Positions 36,979 through 50,869 of a stretch of 64,000 nt of DNA are shown here, in pieces. Under the pieces are notes generated by a model. It was not told where the DNA came from, ran no database searches, and saw only the letters and a program-made list of their open reading frames with translations. The position numbers and the translations under genes are program-made. Every line of letters begins with the position of its first letter. Position 1 is the stretch's first letter. Origin of the DNA: Camelus ferus (taxonomy: Eukaryota); contig NC_045698.1 in assembly GCF_009834535.1 (NCBI RefSeq), positions 4,776,001-4,840,000 on the forward strand, read 5' to 3'.

Positions 36979-38243
36979 GCTTATACCACATTTTATTTGT
37001 CCATTAAATCTACTGTTGGACATTCAGGTTGTTTCCATATCTTAGCTACTGTCAGTAACTCTTCAATGAACATGAGAGTGCAAATATCTCTTCCACAACC
37101 TGATTTCAGTTCTTTTGGAAATATACTCAGAAAGGAGATGGCTGTATCTATGGCAATTCTATATTTAATTTTTTGAGGATTCTCCATAACATTTTCCATA
37201 GTGGCTGCACCACTCCGCATCCCCACTAGCAGTGTACAATGGTTCCAATTTTTCCATGTTCTTGCCAACACTTGTTATCATTTTTTAAAATAACATCCAT
37301 CAAGTATGAGGTAGCGTCTTATTGTGATTTTGATTTGTATTTCCCTTATGATGGGTAATGGTGAGCATCTTTTCATATGCTTGTTGGCTATTTGCATGCT
37401 GGAGAAATGTCTATTCAAGTCCTTTGCCTATTTATAAAAAAACTAGGTTATTTGTGTTTTTTTTCTATTAAGTTGTAGGAGTTCCTTATATATTTTGAAG
37501 ATTAATCTTTCATCAAATATACGGTTTGCAAATATTTTCTTCCATTCTTTAGGTTGCCTTTTCATTCCTTTGATTGTTTCCTTTTTTGTGCAGAAGCTTT
37601 TTTTTTTTATTCATTAGTCTGTTGTATGTTTTAGATTCCACATATAAGCGATTTCATACAGTATTTGTCTCTTTCTATCTGACTTATTTCACTTAGCATA
37701 ATGCCATCCAAGTCCATCCGTGTTGTTGCAAATGGCAAAATGTTGTTCTTTTTTATGGCTGAGTAATAGTCCATTGTTTGTGTATATCACATCTTCTTAT
37801 CCATTCATCTGTTGACGGACACTTAGGTTGCTTCCATATCTTGGCAATTGTAAATAATGCTGTGTAGAATCTTTTTAGTTTGGTACAGTTCTGCTTGTCT
37901 CATTTTACTTCTGTTACTGGTGCTTTTTACTTCATAGCCAATAAATCATTGATAAGACCAATGTCACAAAGTTTTATCCTATATTTTCTTCTAGGATATT
38001 TACAATTTTGCATCTTATGTTTAAGTTTTTAATGCATTTAAGTAGATTTCTGAATATGGTGTAAGATAAGCATCCAGTTTCATCCTTTGGATGTTATACC
38101 CAGTTTTCCCCAACACCATTGAAGAGACTGTCTTCTCCCCACTGTATATTCTTGGCACAGTTGTCAAAGATCAGTTGACTATAAATGAATGTGTTTATTT
38201 CTCATCTTTTTATTCTGTTCCATTGTTCTATATGTCTGTTTTT
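36605..38243 (-). mobile_element. L1MB-like 5'-truncated L1 with internal (CA)n and a nested younger L1
   Basis: ORF 36993-37271 is ORF2 C-terminus-like (ICTLMFI...KIWKQPECP); 3' end AACACTTAACATGAGATCTA. Confidence 0.9.
37601..37860 (-). mobile_element. Nested L1 fragment lacking most of its 3'UTR
   Basis: TSD TGTG(C/T)AGAA(G/T)CTTT at 37587-37600 and 37861-37874; poly-T at left. Confidence 0.85.
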
Positions 38244-38479
38244 AAATTGGAACTTTTAATACAAATAACAACAATTGTAACTTTTTGTGTGTGTTTGTGT
38301 GTGAATGTGTATTTCAAAGTGGAAGTATCAACTTTTTATGATTATAAAAGTAACGTGTATAAAAAACTCATAAAGAAGAAAATTAAAATTTCTAGTAACT
38401 CTTCACTGGATTCAACCAAAGTGTCTATTTCTGTTAAGAGGTGTCTACCCTGAATATGAAGATCTTCACATAATATTTT

Positions 38480-38590
38480 TTCTGCACTATCTCATTTTAT
38501 TATCCAACAACTACGTGAAGAAGGTATTAGTATCCCCACATTATGGATGGGAGAATAAGCCTCATGTGTTCAAGTGTCGTATAGGAATCA
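38480..38590 (-). mobile_element. MIR fragment
   Basis: TCTCATTT...CAACAAC...GGTATTAGTATCCCCACATTATGGATGGGA. Confidence 0.6.
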
Positions 38591-41500
38591 TAGAGTGCTA
38601 GGATAAAGGTTATTTTGATCAGCCTTTATTTTTTTGCTTCCCATTTTCGTACTTATGTATGCTTTATTCAAGTGAAAAATGACAATTGCCACAAAGATGA
38701 TTTCTTTCACTAAGAAAAAATAGAGATGTAATAATTTATGAATATAATCACATATTTAAAATTTTAATAGGTCAAGGATGTGAAAACTTCTAGATTGCAA
38801 AATTATCCTATCAAGTACTAATCATATAAAGTTTCATAGTGAAGAACCCATTGCATTCCTTCGTATTTCTATTGTTTTTGTTATTACTAACATTATTACT
38901 GTTAATGCTCTCACTGTGATTAACGTCCTTTGGACAACATGGTTAGAGAACATAATTATGTTTAGGCTATATGCTAAATATGATTTATGTTAAAATAATT
39001 CTAAAGTTGAATGTAATGACTAACTAATAAGACATATTAGGTTGCCAGGAGCAAATGGGTACTCATATATACTTGATATCTCCATAGAGACCTTCCTTTA
39101 ATGACTTTGTTTGTTCTCCTGGCTTTAACTAACCAGCTTTTCATCAGGGAGTGAAACTGAAAAAGACATGCTATTATAAATGTAGTCTATATGAATGGTG
39201 TAATTTAGGCTTTGAGAACACTCCAGTAAACCCGTTTACCACATGTACCTACATTATGTGGTGGAAGGCTGGGAGGCAAAGGAGTCAGCCCACAGGAAAT
39301 GAGCCCTTTAAACTGTGTGGTACGTCTCAGACATCTTTGTGAGTTGCATTGCTGAATATAAAGCTCTCTTGACTATGATTTAGCTGTTGATTAACTACAC
39401 AGAGAAACGGGGACCACTGACCCCAACCATCACATAAAGTGAAGGCTTGCAAAACATGAAAGTTACAAAAAAAAGCCATTTGCTGTCATTTGAGTTGTCC
39501 TTTCTTGGGAAACATGTCTTTGGAGGGAAAAGCTGTATAGGGAAATTTTATCTATTTTTTACTTTTCCAATTTCATAAAGAAATGAATAGAATTAAAAAT
39601 GACCAGTACTCCTTTTTCTGGTTCAGTGATTTTCCTCTTGCTAATGAAGACAATCTTATCTACAGGTTTATAATTCAGAGCCATTAAATAGAGTTCTGCT
39701 ATTTTAAGAAATCAGTTTTAATATTGACAATTTCTTAACTAAGAGAATTCATAAAAGTGCTTTAAAAATCCAAGACAGTCAAAAGGTTAAAAATAGTTTA
39801 TATTTTTCAAATCAGTAAGCCTATTTGAGTAACTTGTCTTTTTTCCTAATAATTCAGTTTTATATGTTCTTAGTTTTATTTTTTTTCCTTATTACTAACT
39901 TAGTTTCTGCAATGACTGCTGGTAAACTTTGCACAATCAGGGGAAAATTAATATTAGTACATTCACAAAAGATACAGATTCTTAATTATGGAGAAATATC
40001 TATAACAGAGAAATGCATTTGCTTCTTTGCAAACAGACTCTGGACTCCTGTCCCATAACCGAAAGGCAGACATCCCAAAATGTGCAAATGGGTTGTACTC
40101 CAGAAGTTCAAACTCGAGTTTCTCTTATGCATAATGATTCGGTTGGTTGCAAGGTCAATATAGACAAGCCCATGTACCACACAGCTGAAGGAATCTGGAG
40201 CTCCACAGCCCTGGGGCGAGTGGGGCAGTTGAGGAGGAGCTGGGGAGGTGGGGAGCAGGGCAGGTGTAGCAGGAGTGCTCACCAGCGTTACCTGTTGCCT
40301 GTCCTTCCTGGTCAGCACCACCTGAATTTGCCCAGCCCAGGTGAGACACTTTCTTTCCATCCTTGGTGGCTGGGAGGGACCCAACTCCAGGTCATGCTGA
40401 AGGTCTTGCTGAGGATCTATGGAAGGGAAATAGAAGGGAGGCTCTGAAAAGAGCACAGCTGGGGTTGGCCCTTCCCCCAAGTTCTTGTGCTTTGAATGTG
40501 GCAGTTCTGCAACCGACCCAGGAGCTGTGGCAGCCATTCCTGCCACAGGGGGTGCCCCTAACACTAGGAGCCCCTCAACTACCACCAGCCGTTAACCACA
40601 TCCAGGTTCCTTATTAGGGGAGAAACATATACTCCGACTCTTCTAAGCCACTGACACCCAGCCTTCTGTTTCTTGCGGCTGACACCACTCCTCTCCCGGC
40701 CCATCCAGTGCAAGCTCTTTGTCTCTCTTTTCTCTTCTCAACAAGGGGTGTGTACATGTGTACGCATATATGTGCACACACGTGCTCATGTAATGTCTGT
40801 GCCCATATATGTGCACGCACATGTGTGTGCTTTTCTTTTACCTTTAGCAACACTGTCTCCTTTCTTTGAGAGAAGGGAGAATAAAAGGAATGGGAACGCA
40901 TTTGGAATTGGGAGGGTCTGCTGTAGTCTTTGGAGTAAAGAGGGAGCGAGGGCAAGCTTGGTGCCCTGGGGTGGGATAGGGAGCTGACTGCACGCTCCCT
41001 GGGAGGATAGACCCGCCTACTAAAGGGAAACCTCCCATTGGGCCGGAATAGCTCAGTGGCCCGCCAGTCATACAGTCTGTGTTCTTGAGATGCCAGTTTT
41101 CCCCAGGAGTGTTAAGAGATGTGCGTGGAGGCAGGCAGAGTCGTCCTGTTCGCCACTGACTGCAGGTCCCAGTGGCCCCCTCCCCACCCAGGCTGGACAG
41201 GGCAGCACCTGCAGAAATGAAAGTTCAGGAGGAGAACCAGCCGGTCCCTAGGCAGATCTGAGAGCCCTGTGCTGGGTGCTGCCAGCCCTTCGGCTGTACC
41301 ATCCTGTCTGGCCTGGGCCACTGGGCTGAGAAGCCAGATGGCCAGTGCCTTCCAGATGGCCCTTGGAATCACGAGGGGCTGATTTATTTTCCGGTCTTCA
41401 TAGGCTGGGTCTGCACGCAACTCAAGAGCCATAAGAAAAATCCCCCTGGTGGAGGTAGGGGTGGGGGTGGGAGTGGGGGGAGGCACTAGGACCCCCTCCA

Positions 41501-43789
41501 CAGACTCCTCTCCAAGAACATGATCGGAGAGATAAACACTAAGTATCTCTCACTGGGAAAAAGTAGGTGGACACAGATTGTTTTCTCTGATTGGACTTAC
41601 ACGTTCATGGCTGAGTGAACCCAAATTTGCCACAGGACGTCTTAGATCTGCCTTTTCTGAGGACACCTTAGGAACAATGGGAAGGGCATGGACAGCTGTC
41701 TGAGGACGCTGCAGGGAAGAGTCCGGTTTGTACTTCAGTTTCCCGATGTGTGATACCACGAGAAAAGGGAACTGGACCCCGCCAGCCCCGTCTCAAGTAC
41801 GGACCAGAAAGGCGGCCTTATTTAACTGGAAAAGAGCCAATGTGGAGAGCTGAAATGTTTCCCTGAAAAATAGAAGCTGTGACCTAATTTTGAAAGATCG
41901 CATCCTAGAATTATTATGTTTTCATAGCCCTTTAAGGCTTACTAAAAAGAAAAAACAAACCTTAGTTGTCCTCATAAATCCAATCTCAAATCCATGGCAC
42001 TAAAATCAAGTTAACTGCTTTTCATTCCAAAACTGTTATGTTATGGTTGCAGTGTGAAGAGGGTGCAGAAAGGCGAATGGGCGCTAAATAAATACTTAAT
42101 TTTGAAAAATGAAATGCACTGAACTTGATTATCTGTTTTGGACCCGCAAAGCTATTAGTAGTAAACAGCTAGCCCTGCATGGACTCAGCCTCCCAGAACT
42201 GTGACCCGCAATCATCCAGGTTTTAATTTCCCCCACTTCCTGCACCTGCTACCCCTGCTTCCCCCTAACCAGTCCACATTATTTCTACTGTTGTCATGTG
42301 CACTCCTGGCTCCCCAGAACCTGTTGACAAGTTGTCCCCCACACTACTCTTCCTTGTCCCTTTAAAAATACATCTGGCTTATGTTCAAGTCTCTTTGGGC
42401 TGGTGGTGAGTGTTCAGATGTTTGTTGATGGACTAGCTAATCAAAATACTAATTGGGATACCATCTTTATGACTGGTCACCCTTACATGTATGCTTCATT
42501 TTAAATAATACGTGTTTTAATAAAGTCATTTAATACTCGATATCCTAAGGCACGTGTGGACTATCAGATGTGGGCAGGAGCAGTGTGGGTCACAGTATCT
42601 GCAGGACTTAGACACAGACCCTCAGATCATGACTTACACACAGGCTCAATATTGGTTGAACGGACAGCCTGTTAAAGCCTATGGAGATAACATAAGGGGG
42701 CTGAACTTCCACTAGGGTTTTGAAATGTCCCATGAATATAACAGCACAGAGAAATCACTTTACCCTTCTCAGAGAGTATTAGAATTGAATGAAAGGGGTA
42801 TTTTAATAAGTTGTGGAGGTAGGGGGCTGGGACCACCGTGAGAACTACGGGGGTGACATGACTAGATGGTCTGGCCCTGAGCATCACTCAGTTGCCATGG
42901 GGATGAGGATCTCAGAAGGCCAGGTGAGTCCTGCCCCTGGTGTTCCCTCTTTTTCTACATATGGTGCTCAGCCCCAGATCAACATTCACAACACTATTGC
43001 TCATGTGTTTGTTTGTCCTTAAAGAATATTAATGCGAAAGGGACCAAACCATCCATTTGTCTAGAAAGTTGAATCTCATTCTAGCCCTGCTAAGAAGAAA
43101 CTGAGAGAAACTGAAGGTGTGCCATGTGGAGGTCTTCAAATATACACATTTCCTTCCTTCTTACAATCAAAATACAAGAGGAAGGGCAAGGAGCTGTTGG
43201 ACTTCACACCGTGATTGATTTAAACCCACATTGTCTGGAGGCGGTAAGTGGGGCACAGTTTTCTGTCTCTGATAAAATAACTTTGGGTTTCTGGGCTTTC
43301 GCACGGTGGATTATGGAACACAGCAACATGCCAGATCCCAGGGTGGCAAGTCTGATATTTCTTTCTCTTTGTCCTCTTCCTTCTCCTTCTTCTTTGAAAT
43401 GACAAATTAAAACATTTTGTCTGGGAAGCTTTAGGCCACTTAAAAATAATAGTTGGGTGTGTACATGGAGTGTTTTGTGTTCATTTCAAGGCTTTGCATC
43501 TGAGGCGGTGCCTACTCAGCCCAGGCTACTGGCTCCTCCCCAAAGGTGTGTAAACATTTCCCAGTTTTCCCACCTTAAAGAAATACATCCCCGTCCTGCC
43601 TTTCCACTTCCTCCATCCCTGCCCAGATCAGCCTCTGTGATCCCCACGAGAGCACAGTGGAGTCTGTGTTATGTACAGACTCAGCAGTTGGCATACAAAT
43701 TGTGCTCAGTGAGTGTTTGCTGGATGAACGACCGAAGGAGCTACTTCCTCTGCTCTCTCAGACTCCATTCCATATACATGAACAAAACT

Positions 43790-44450
43790 GCATCAAAGAG
43801 TTATGGCCCGCTTAACAAATTATCAAAAAACAAATACCCATACAATTACCACTCGGATCATAACATGCAGTTTCGTCAGCATCACAGGTAACCACTTGGA
43901 CCCCTTCTCAGTGCTCCCTCCCTTCAAAGTTAATTACTACCCTGACTTCTAGTTTTATCTATTTTTGGACTTTATGTAAATGAAACCACACAATATGCAA
44001 CCTGTATCTGGTTCACACTGCTAAACACTGTAAGAATAGATCATAATCTAATTTATCCAATGCCTCATTGAAGGACATTTGGGTTGTTTCCAGTTTGGGG
44101 CTCACAGCTGCTACTGCTGTAACCAATTGGTTGATGTCTCTTGGTTTCAAGGACTTACGTTTCACAGGAGTAGAATGGCTGAATTGTAGAATATATACAT
44201 GTGTTTTCAACTGGTTGTCACACATGCACACAAAACCACATCGTTACTTTTATTGGAATTGCGTTGACTTATAGGTCAACTGGGGGGCAATGTTCACTTT
44301 AAAAATGTTAATTTTATCGTTGATAAACATGGAATATTCTTTCAAGTCACTATGTGTTCTGTAATTTTTAAAATAGTATTTTCTGCAAAGAAGTCATGCA
44401 TACGTTTTGTTAGATTTATTCCTGGGCATTAGATTAGGTATTTGCATCAC
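43790..44450 (-). mobile_element. Old L1ME fragments
   Basis: ACTACCCTGACTTCTA, GGACATTTGGGTTGTTTCCAGTTTGGGG, GTTAGATTTATTCCTGGG. Confidence 0.7.
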
Positions 44451-44467
44451 GTAGTTAATGCACGCAC

Positions 44468-44470
<3 letters not shown>

Positions 44471-44501
<31 letters not shown>
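44471..44501. repeat. (CA)n microsatellite
   Basis: Directly visible. Confidence 0.95.
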
Positions 44502-44506
<5 letters not shown>

Positions 44507-44935
44507 CTACTACCCCTGCTATTTTTAAGTGGAGTGTTCCTATGAAACCTTTCATAAATCAAAATGTTATAAAGAGAAGAAGCAATTACCTTAGGACACA
44601 TTCTTCTAAGGGATGCACAAAATAAATGGACACTCAGCACATGCTCACAGACACAGTTCAAAGCTACGGCAGCGTGAGGCTGAGACCTTGTGTGCGGGTC
44701 CCGGGGGAGGAGCTTGGCGGAGCCCCTCCTGTTTCTCAGGACGCGTACTGCTTCTCTCACAGCTCGCTACAAACCCAACACAAAACCAACACTGGTGCTA
44801 TTTTCGCCTTTTGCTGTTTTCCTAAAAGTGAAAAATCTTTGGATTTCTTTCAGTTAGCAAAAATGGGCACTAATGTAAATCTTTCACAAAAGCAAAATGG
44901 CGTAAAGCAAACTTTTGGAAAGCCGGGGATGTCTG
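44500..44935 (-). mobile_element. MER82 (TcMar-Tigger) DNA transposon, near full length
   Basis: GTTCCTATGAAACCTTTC, AGCAATTACCTTAGGACACAT, GCTCACAGACACAGTTCAAAGCTA match the MER82 reverse complement; ends CTG followed by TA. Confidence 0.85.
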
Positions 44936-44959
44936 TATGTTTAAACCTGCTTACATCTA

Positions 44960-46590
44960 ACACAGAGAAACAATCAGAAAGTCTGAACAGACCAGTAACA
45001 AGTAAAGGGACTGAATTAGTCATTTAAAACTTTCTACACAAAAACGTCCAGGCCCAGATGGCTTCACTGGTGAATCCAATCACACATATAAAGAATTAAA
45101 GCCAATTATTAGAAAATCTTCCAACAAATAGAAGAGGCTGGAATACTTCCCAACTCCTTTTTATGAGATTGGTTTCACCTTGGTGTTAAAAAGAGATCAT
45201 GACATCATAAGAAAAAACTACAGACTAATATCTCGTATAAGTATAGAGGTAAAAATCCCTCACAAAATACTAGCAGAGTCCTGTAACATATAAAAATAAT
45301 TAAGCAGCATGATCAGGTGGTATTAACCTCAGGAATTCAAGGTTGGATTAACACCCAAAAATCAACGAATATAATATCATCAATAGAATTAAAAATAAAC
45401 ATTATCTCAATATACACAGAAAAAGCATTTGAAAAAAACTTGCTATGCCTCTATGATAAAAACCTAAAGGAACTAGGAATAAAAGATAACTTCCTCAATC
45501 TGATAACTAAAAGCCCACAGATAGAGTAGTACTTAGTGGCAGAATACTGAGTTTTTCCCCCCACAATCAGGAACAAGACAAGGGTGTCTGTTCTCATCAC
45601 TTCTATTTAACATTGTAGTGGAGACTCCAGCCAGAACAATTAAGGAAAAAAAAGCACAAATAAATTTTTTAAAAGGCTGGAAAGGAAAAAGTAAAATGAT
45701 CTCCATCCGTAGATTACATGGTATAGTACATAGAAAATCCTAAGGAATCCACTAAAATACAGTCATAACAAACAAATGAGCTCTGCAAGGTTTCAAGGCA
45801 CAAGATCAACATGCAAAACCACACGCATTTCTATGCGCTGCAAATGAGCAGCTTAAAAACAAAATCAAGGAAATCTCACTTACAATATCATAAATAATAA
45901 TAAAATACTTAAGGATAGGTTTAACAAAGGGGAGTGCAAAACCAGTACTCCAAAAACTACAAATCATGGTTGAAAGAAATTAAAGTACTGTATAGATAAA
46001 AAGACATCTATATTTGTGTTTTGGAAGACCGTATTATTAAGATGACAGTACTCTTCAAATTTATGTTCAGAGCCAATGCAATTCCTATCAGAGTTCAAGT
46101 CTAATTCTTTACAAAGCTTGGAACACTTGAATTACAATTCATATAAAAATTCATGGGACTCAAAATAGCCTAAACAATCTTGAAAAATAAGAATAAATTT
46201 GGAAGACTGACACTTCTTTAAAAAAATCTTATTGAGCTAACTACACATGAAACACTTGAAAAATGGATACTTACTGATTTCAAAATGTATCGCAAAGCTG
46301 CAGTAATCAAGGCAGTGTGGTACTGGAGCAAGACTGACATATTGACATGCAGAAGAACGGGATGGACCAGACTGGTCATAAACAAATCTCACATTCATAA
46401 TAGACTGATTTGTCATGAATGTATCAAGACCATTCAGTGGGGAAAGAATAGTCTTTTCAACAAATGCTGTTGGAACAACAGCATGTCCACATGTCAAAGA
46501 ATGAAGTTGGACAGGTACTTCATACCATATGCAAACATTAACTGGAAGAGCTGAAACTAGAAAACTCGGAAAAAAATATAAATTATATCT
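44960..46590 (+). mobile_element. L1 ORF2 (RT region) relic
   Basis: CCAGGCCCAGATGGCTTCACTGGTGAA (PGPDGFTGE); ORFs with GIQGWIN, EKAFEK, YRKAAVIKAVWYW, WGKNSLFNKCCW; multiple stops and frameshifts. Confidence 0.93.
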
Positions 46591-46644
46591 CAATACAGTT
46601 GTTACATAAAATTGTTTTGCGAAATTGGTGGAGCATAATAATAG

Positions 46645-46649
<5 letters not shown>

Positions 46650-46684
<35 letters not shown>
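46650..46684. repeat. (TG)n microsatellite
   Basis: Directly visible. Confidence 0.95.
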
Positions 46685-46686
<2 letters not shown>

Positions 46687-46999
46687 CTTCTTGAAAAGCA
46701 AGCCATTTGTGAACAAAGATGTACACCTGCTGTGTAGCTGGCCACGAGAGAAATTGTGTTACGGAATTCAAGCACACCAGTATTGTTTCATGATAAGGGC
46801 TGGTGAATTTTATGTATGTCTGTTTCACTGTATCTTAGCTACACTTTAAGGCATTGAGTAGGGGGTTTGATGAAGGTGTCATGCACCACAATTTTCCTGT
46901 TAAAAATAATTGGAAGGAGACATATCATTAGCACTTTTTTGGGTACAGAATTCTAATGACTGTTTTGTGTGTGCTGCTTAGGTTTTACACGTCCCCCTG

Positions 47000-48780
47000 T
47001 ACATTTAGAAATACGTATCGTCTCAGTCTTTTTGTGGTTGTTCCTTAGAGATTGCAGACTTCGACCCTGAATCATTAATGTCTGATGTTCTTTGACGCTT
47101 CACCCTCTTACTTAATGATGCAAGGACCGTTTTATCTCAATTTCACCTTCTTGTAACTTCAATTCCATTGCCCTTTGTGTTTTAATTAGTCATATTTAAA
47201 CTCCTAAATGTTATTAATATTATTTTTATTATTCAACATTTCTTCAGATTTACCCAGATGTTTATAGGTTTTTTAATTAATTTTCATTTCTATTCTTTCC
47301 TGCATCTTTACCTTTCAAGTGAAATAATTTTTCTTCTACCTGAAGGCATGTTAGTATGTTTCCTGTCTTGTAGTTCTGTTAGTAATTATTTAATTTTAAA
47401 ATTTTTGTTCTTGTTGTCTGAATTATATACTTCAAAGTGGAAGAAATGTATTTTTTTGGATGTACACTTCCAGTTTGTTGGTGGTGGTTTGCTTTTTTTT
47501 TTAAGTGGAGGTACTGGGGATTGGACCCAGGACCTCATGTATGCTAAGCATGCGTTCCATCAGGGAGCTATATCCAGCCCCCCTATTTTGTTGTTTTATT
47601 TTTCTTTTCACATTATGAACGCATCGTTGCATTTTCTTCTGTTTTCCTTTGTTCCTGTTATGAAGTGAGCTCCAAGACTTACTGCTGCTTCTTTGAATAT
47701 AATCTTTTTCTGGCACATTTTCATATTTTCTTTTCATGTATGAGTTTCTTTAAATTTATTCTGGAATTTGGGCTTCCTTTTTATTTGTGTGGCTTGGCAA
47801 ATCAAGGACTTTTTCAATTTGTGTCTCAACATCTTTATTAATTTTTTAAAATTTTCATCCATTTTCTCCTCGAGCATTGTTTCTACTTTGTATTAAATCT
47901 CCTCTCTCTCTGGGGCAGTTATAAATATTTTCACTTACCCTTCTTTTTTTTTTTATTCCTTCTTTTTATTCGGTGCTTCATTGTGGATTTTTTCTGTCCC
48001 ATCTTTCAGTTCACTTATTTTCTATTCTGCTGTGTCTAATCATTGATGATTGATCTAATAAATGCTTAATTTTAGTCATTTAATTTATATGTCTATATTT
48101 TTTTTTATTTTTCTGTTTTATATCTTTGAAAATGCAGGTCTGTTTCTATTGTTTGTTTGGCTTTTTCCTTCATTTTAATTCATGCTATTTGTCTGATTGT
48201 GTGCTGGTCATTTTTGGTTGAGAGCAAGGCATTGTGTACAGAACTGTATAAATACCCTTGAGGCCTAGAATAATGGTTCTTTCCTCCAGAGAATATTTAA
48301 TTTTTAAATTGAATTTTGCTTTTGACAGATGTTGGCACAAGATTTTGGTATCATCTTAATCCAATCTCAGGGTCTGAAATGATTCACTTTGGTAATTGCT
48401 AAGGCTAATTTATTGCTTTTTTAAAAGCTCACTTTTACCTGACAGTGTGTCTCATAAGCATCATGGCTTAAATATTGGGTAGCTTGGCAGGACCTTCTCC
48501 CACTATTTGTAGGATCATTTTCCCCCATAGTCCTATTAGTCTGTCAGAAGTACTGCTCATATTTTTAGTTCTTTTTTTTTTTCTACACTTTCCAGAATTT
48601 GGAAGATGCCATTAAGTGAAATTGTGCCCCAAGTTTTCCTCTCTTGGATCTAATTTCTGAAGATATCACAACCTTACTAGCTCTCTAATATCTTCCAGCA
48701 GACTTTTTAGATCATGTCCAGGTCTCCTTGTTGTCCTCAGTAGAAGCATTGCTCCAAGTTTTCTAGTCCACCCTCTATTC
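47000..48780 (-). mobile_element. Ancient L1M/HAL1-type fragment (ORF1-side region)
   Basis: T-rich antisense tract with ATCTTTCAGTTCACTTATTTTCTATTCTGCTGTGTCTAATC (ORF1 coiled-coil, antisense). Confidence 0.6.
47493..47583 (-). mobile_element. Vic-1-type SINE
   Basis: GGAGGTACTGGGGATTGGACCCAGGACCTC...TGCTAAGCATGCG...GAGCTATA. Confidence 0.9.
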
Positions 48781-49409
48781 ATTCTTGAATCCACAACATT
48801 CTGAATTTTCCCACTACTGCTCCACCAAAAACTCTCTTTATAAAATCACTGGCAGCCTCCATACCAGAAACTCTGATGGACATTCTCAGCCCTTGGCTTT
48901 CCTGAACACTCCTGATCATTTGATTCTGTTGTCCTTTCCCTTCTTCTAAAAAATGTCCTGTTGATTTCCTTCTTTCCCATCTGATCGCTTCTCATTCTGC
49001 TTTGCCATTATCTCTTCCTCTTCCAAACAATCATGCTGTCTCCCTGAGTGAGCTCATCCATGCCAGCAGCCTCATTAGCATCTATGTATTGATGGCTGTC
49101 CATGTTATGTCTCTAGAGAAGACCTTCCATTGTAAGCTCCACTATGCTGCATAGCCACACCTGAAACGACTCTACCTGGGTACCTCAGTGGCATCTCATC
49201 CTAAATGTGATCAAGTAGCATCACCTTTCCCTAAGCTTCACAAACATCCTAATGCCTTTCAGTTCTTAGTTCCACATCATCACTCAGTTTCCAAACCTAG
49301 CTGATTATTTCTTCTAAATATCTCTCAAATACATCTATTTTTCCTGTCCCTATTACTGCTTTTGGCCAAACCACAAGTATGTCTAGCCTTCTTAACCCAA
49401 CATTTATTC

Positions 49410-49503
49410 TTTTTTTTTTTTTTAATAGAGATACTGGGGATTGAACCTAGGACCTTATGCATGCTAAGAACGTGCTCTACCACTGAGCTATACCACCTCC
49501 CCC
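49410..49503 (-). mobile_element. Vic-1-type SINE
   Basis: GATACTGGGGATTGAACCTAGGACC...CTCTACCACTGAGCTATACC; TSD ACATT(T/C)ATTCTT at about 49400-49411 and 49504-49515. Confidence 0.92.
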
Positions 49504-49544
49504 ACATTCATTCTTGCTGCTGCAAAAATATTCCCTATCTGTGT

Positions 49545-49800
49545 CCAAACTGGTCAACAGTAAGGCTCTGTATATCACAGGCACTCGGGTACTCAGACCG
49601 ACAGGTTCCATTTTGACATGCGCTCGTACAATCACAGGAACACGGAAAGGAGAGCATGGCGAACCTCACTCCGGCTCCTGAATTTTCCACCGTAGAGTGA
49701 CTCACGTTATTCCCATTCCCTTCCCACTGGCTGGATAGAATCCTATGACCACACCTAGCTCAACAGGGTGGGGGCATATAGTCACCCCAGGATTAGGTGA
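49545..49800 (-). mobile_element. Old MLT1 (J/K-like) LTR fragment
   Basis: AGTGACTCACGTTATTCC...CCACTGGCTGG...ATGACCACACCTAGCT motifs. Confidence 0.55.
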
Positions 49801-50869
49801 GCACATATTACAGTATATTACATTTTCTCTGCCTCCTGTCCCCATCCTTCCTTTTCCACAACTTTGACATAATCAGCTCCTACTTCACATAGTTGTTCCA
49901 ATATTGCTTTTCCAGGAAAGTATTTCCTTCGTTTGTGCATTAGTCTAGTTGCTTCCATTAAGTCCTCATTCATCACACTAACCGTTGTTTAGTTTATGCC
50001 TCAGGCTCTTGCCACATTGTAAGATTCATGAGGACCAAGTCTCTGTCTGCCTCCTTGCTTCTGTGTCCCTTGTGCAAAGCCCAGGATCTAGCCCTTAGAA
50101 GGCTTCATTAAATAGTCATTGAGTAGACGAATGAATGGCTACCGTTTGTCAAAGGAAGCACAGTATGACTTAAACAGTAAATGTGACCAATAGCTGGCAG
50201 TTAGCTTACCATTGGGAGGTGGAAATAACTGCTTTCTAACTGGAAAAGGATAGGTACTGATGCTGATATAAGGAAGATCTACATTTTAACACCACTGTGA
50301 CCATGCACTGGTTGGTTAACTTCTTTGAAAGTCCATATTCACCTATGAAATGGGAATACTGTCTGAGTTAGTTCATGGTGTGGTTGTGAGGATAAGGACC
50401 AACAAAACTTATTATATCCAGTTCATTTTTAAGAATAGCTATTTAAAAAAAAAGATGTTTTCAGGGAATTCCTTCATTATCAATTTCCCCCTCTCGCTTC
50501 ATTTATTCTTCTTTGTATTTCCGTCTCTTTCTTCCCTCCTTCCTCCTCTTCATGATGTTTGCAGCTAACATTTAAGGTGCTTTACTCGTTTGAGGCACTG
50601 TGGTAACTGCAATTGTTTACCTAGCTTTATTCCCATGAATTAAGTACTAGTTCTAGCCCTGTTTTAACTTCTGTTAAGTGAACAGTAGTTTTACTTGATA
50701 ATTCTTCATTTTTCTGAAGTTCAGCTGCCATTGTAAATCATTAGTTGGAATGACACTTATGTCATTTTTTTCTCTGTATAGCAACAATGAAATTTTGTTT
50801 ATGCTCCAAGATTATGGACCTGTACAAAGGAGTTCTAGTTCTTGTCACTAAAATCATTTGTAGAGACAG

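Larger units (their letters stand above)
48790..50137 (+). mobile_element. L2 (interrupted by a SINE and an MLT1)
   Basis: CCACCAAAAACTCTCT...ATCACTGGCAGCCTCC; TGTAAGATTCATGAGG; terminal GAATGAATG. Confidence 0.75.

Noticed and set aside
39986..40585. Longest ORF (199 aa, minus) and overlapping 144-aa plus ORF
   Set aside because: Low-complexity Pro/Gly-rich composition with no recognisable family; consistent with chance
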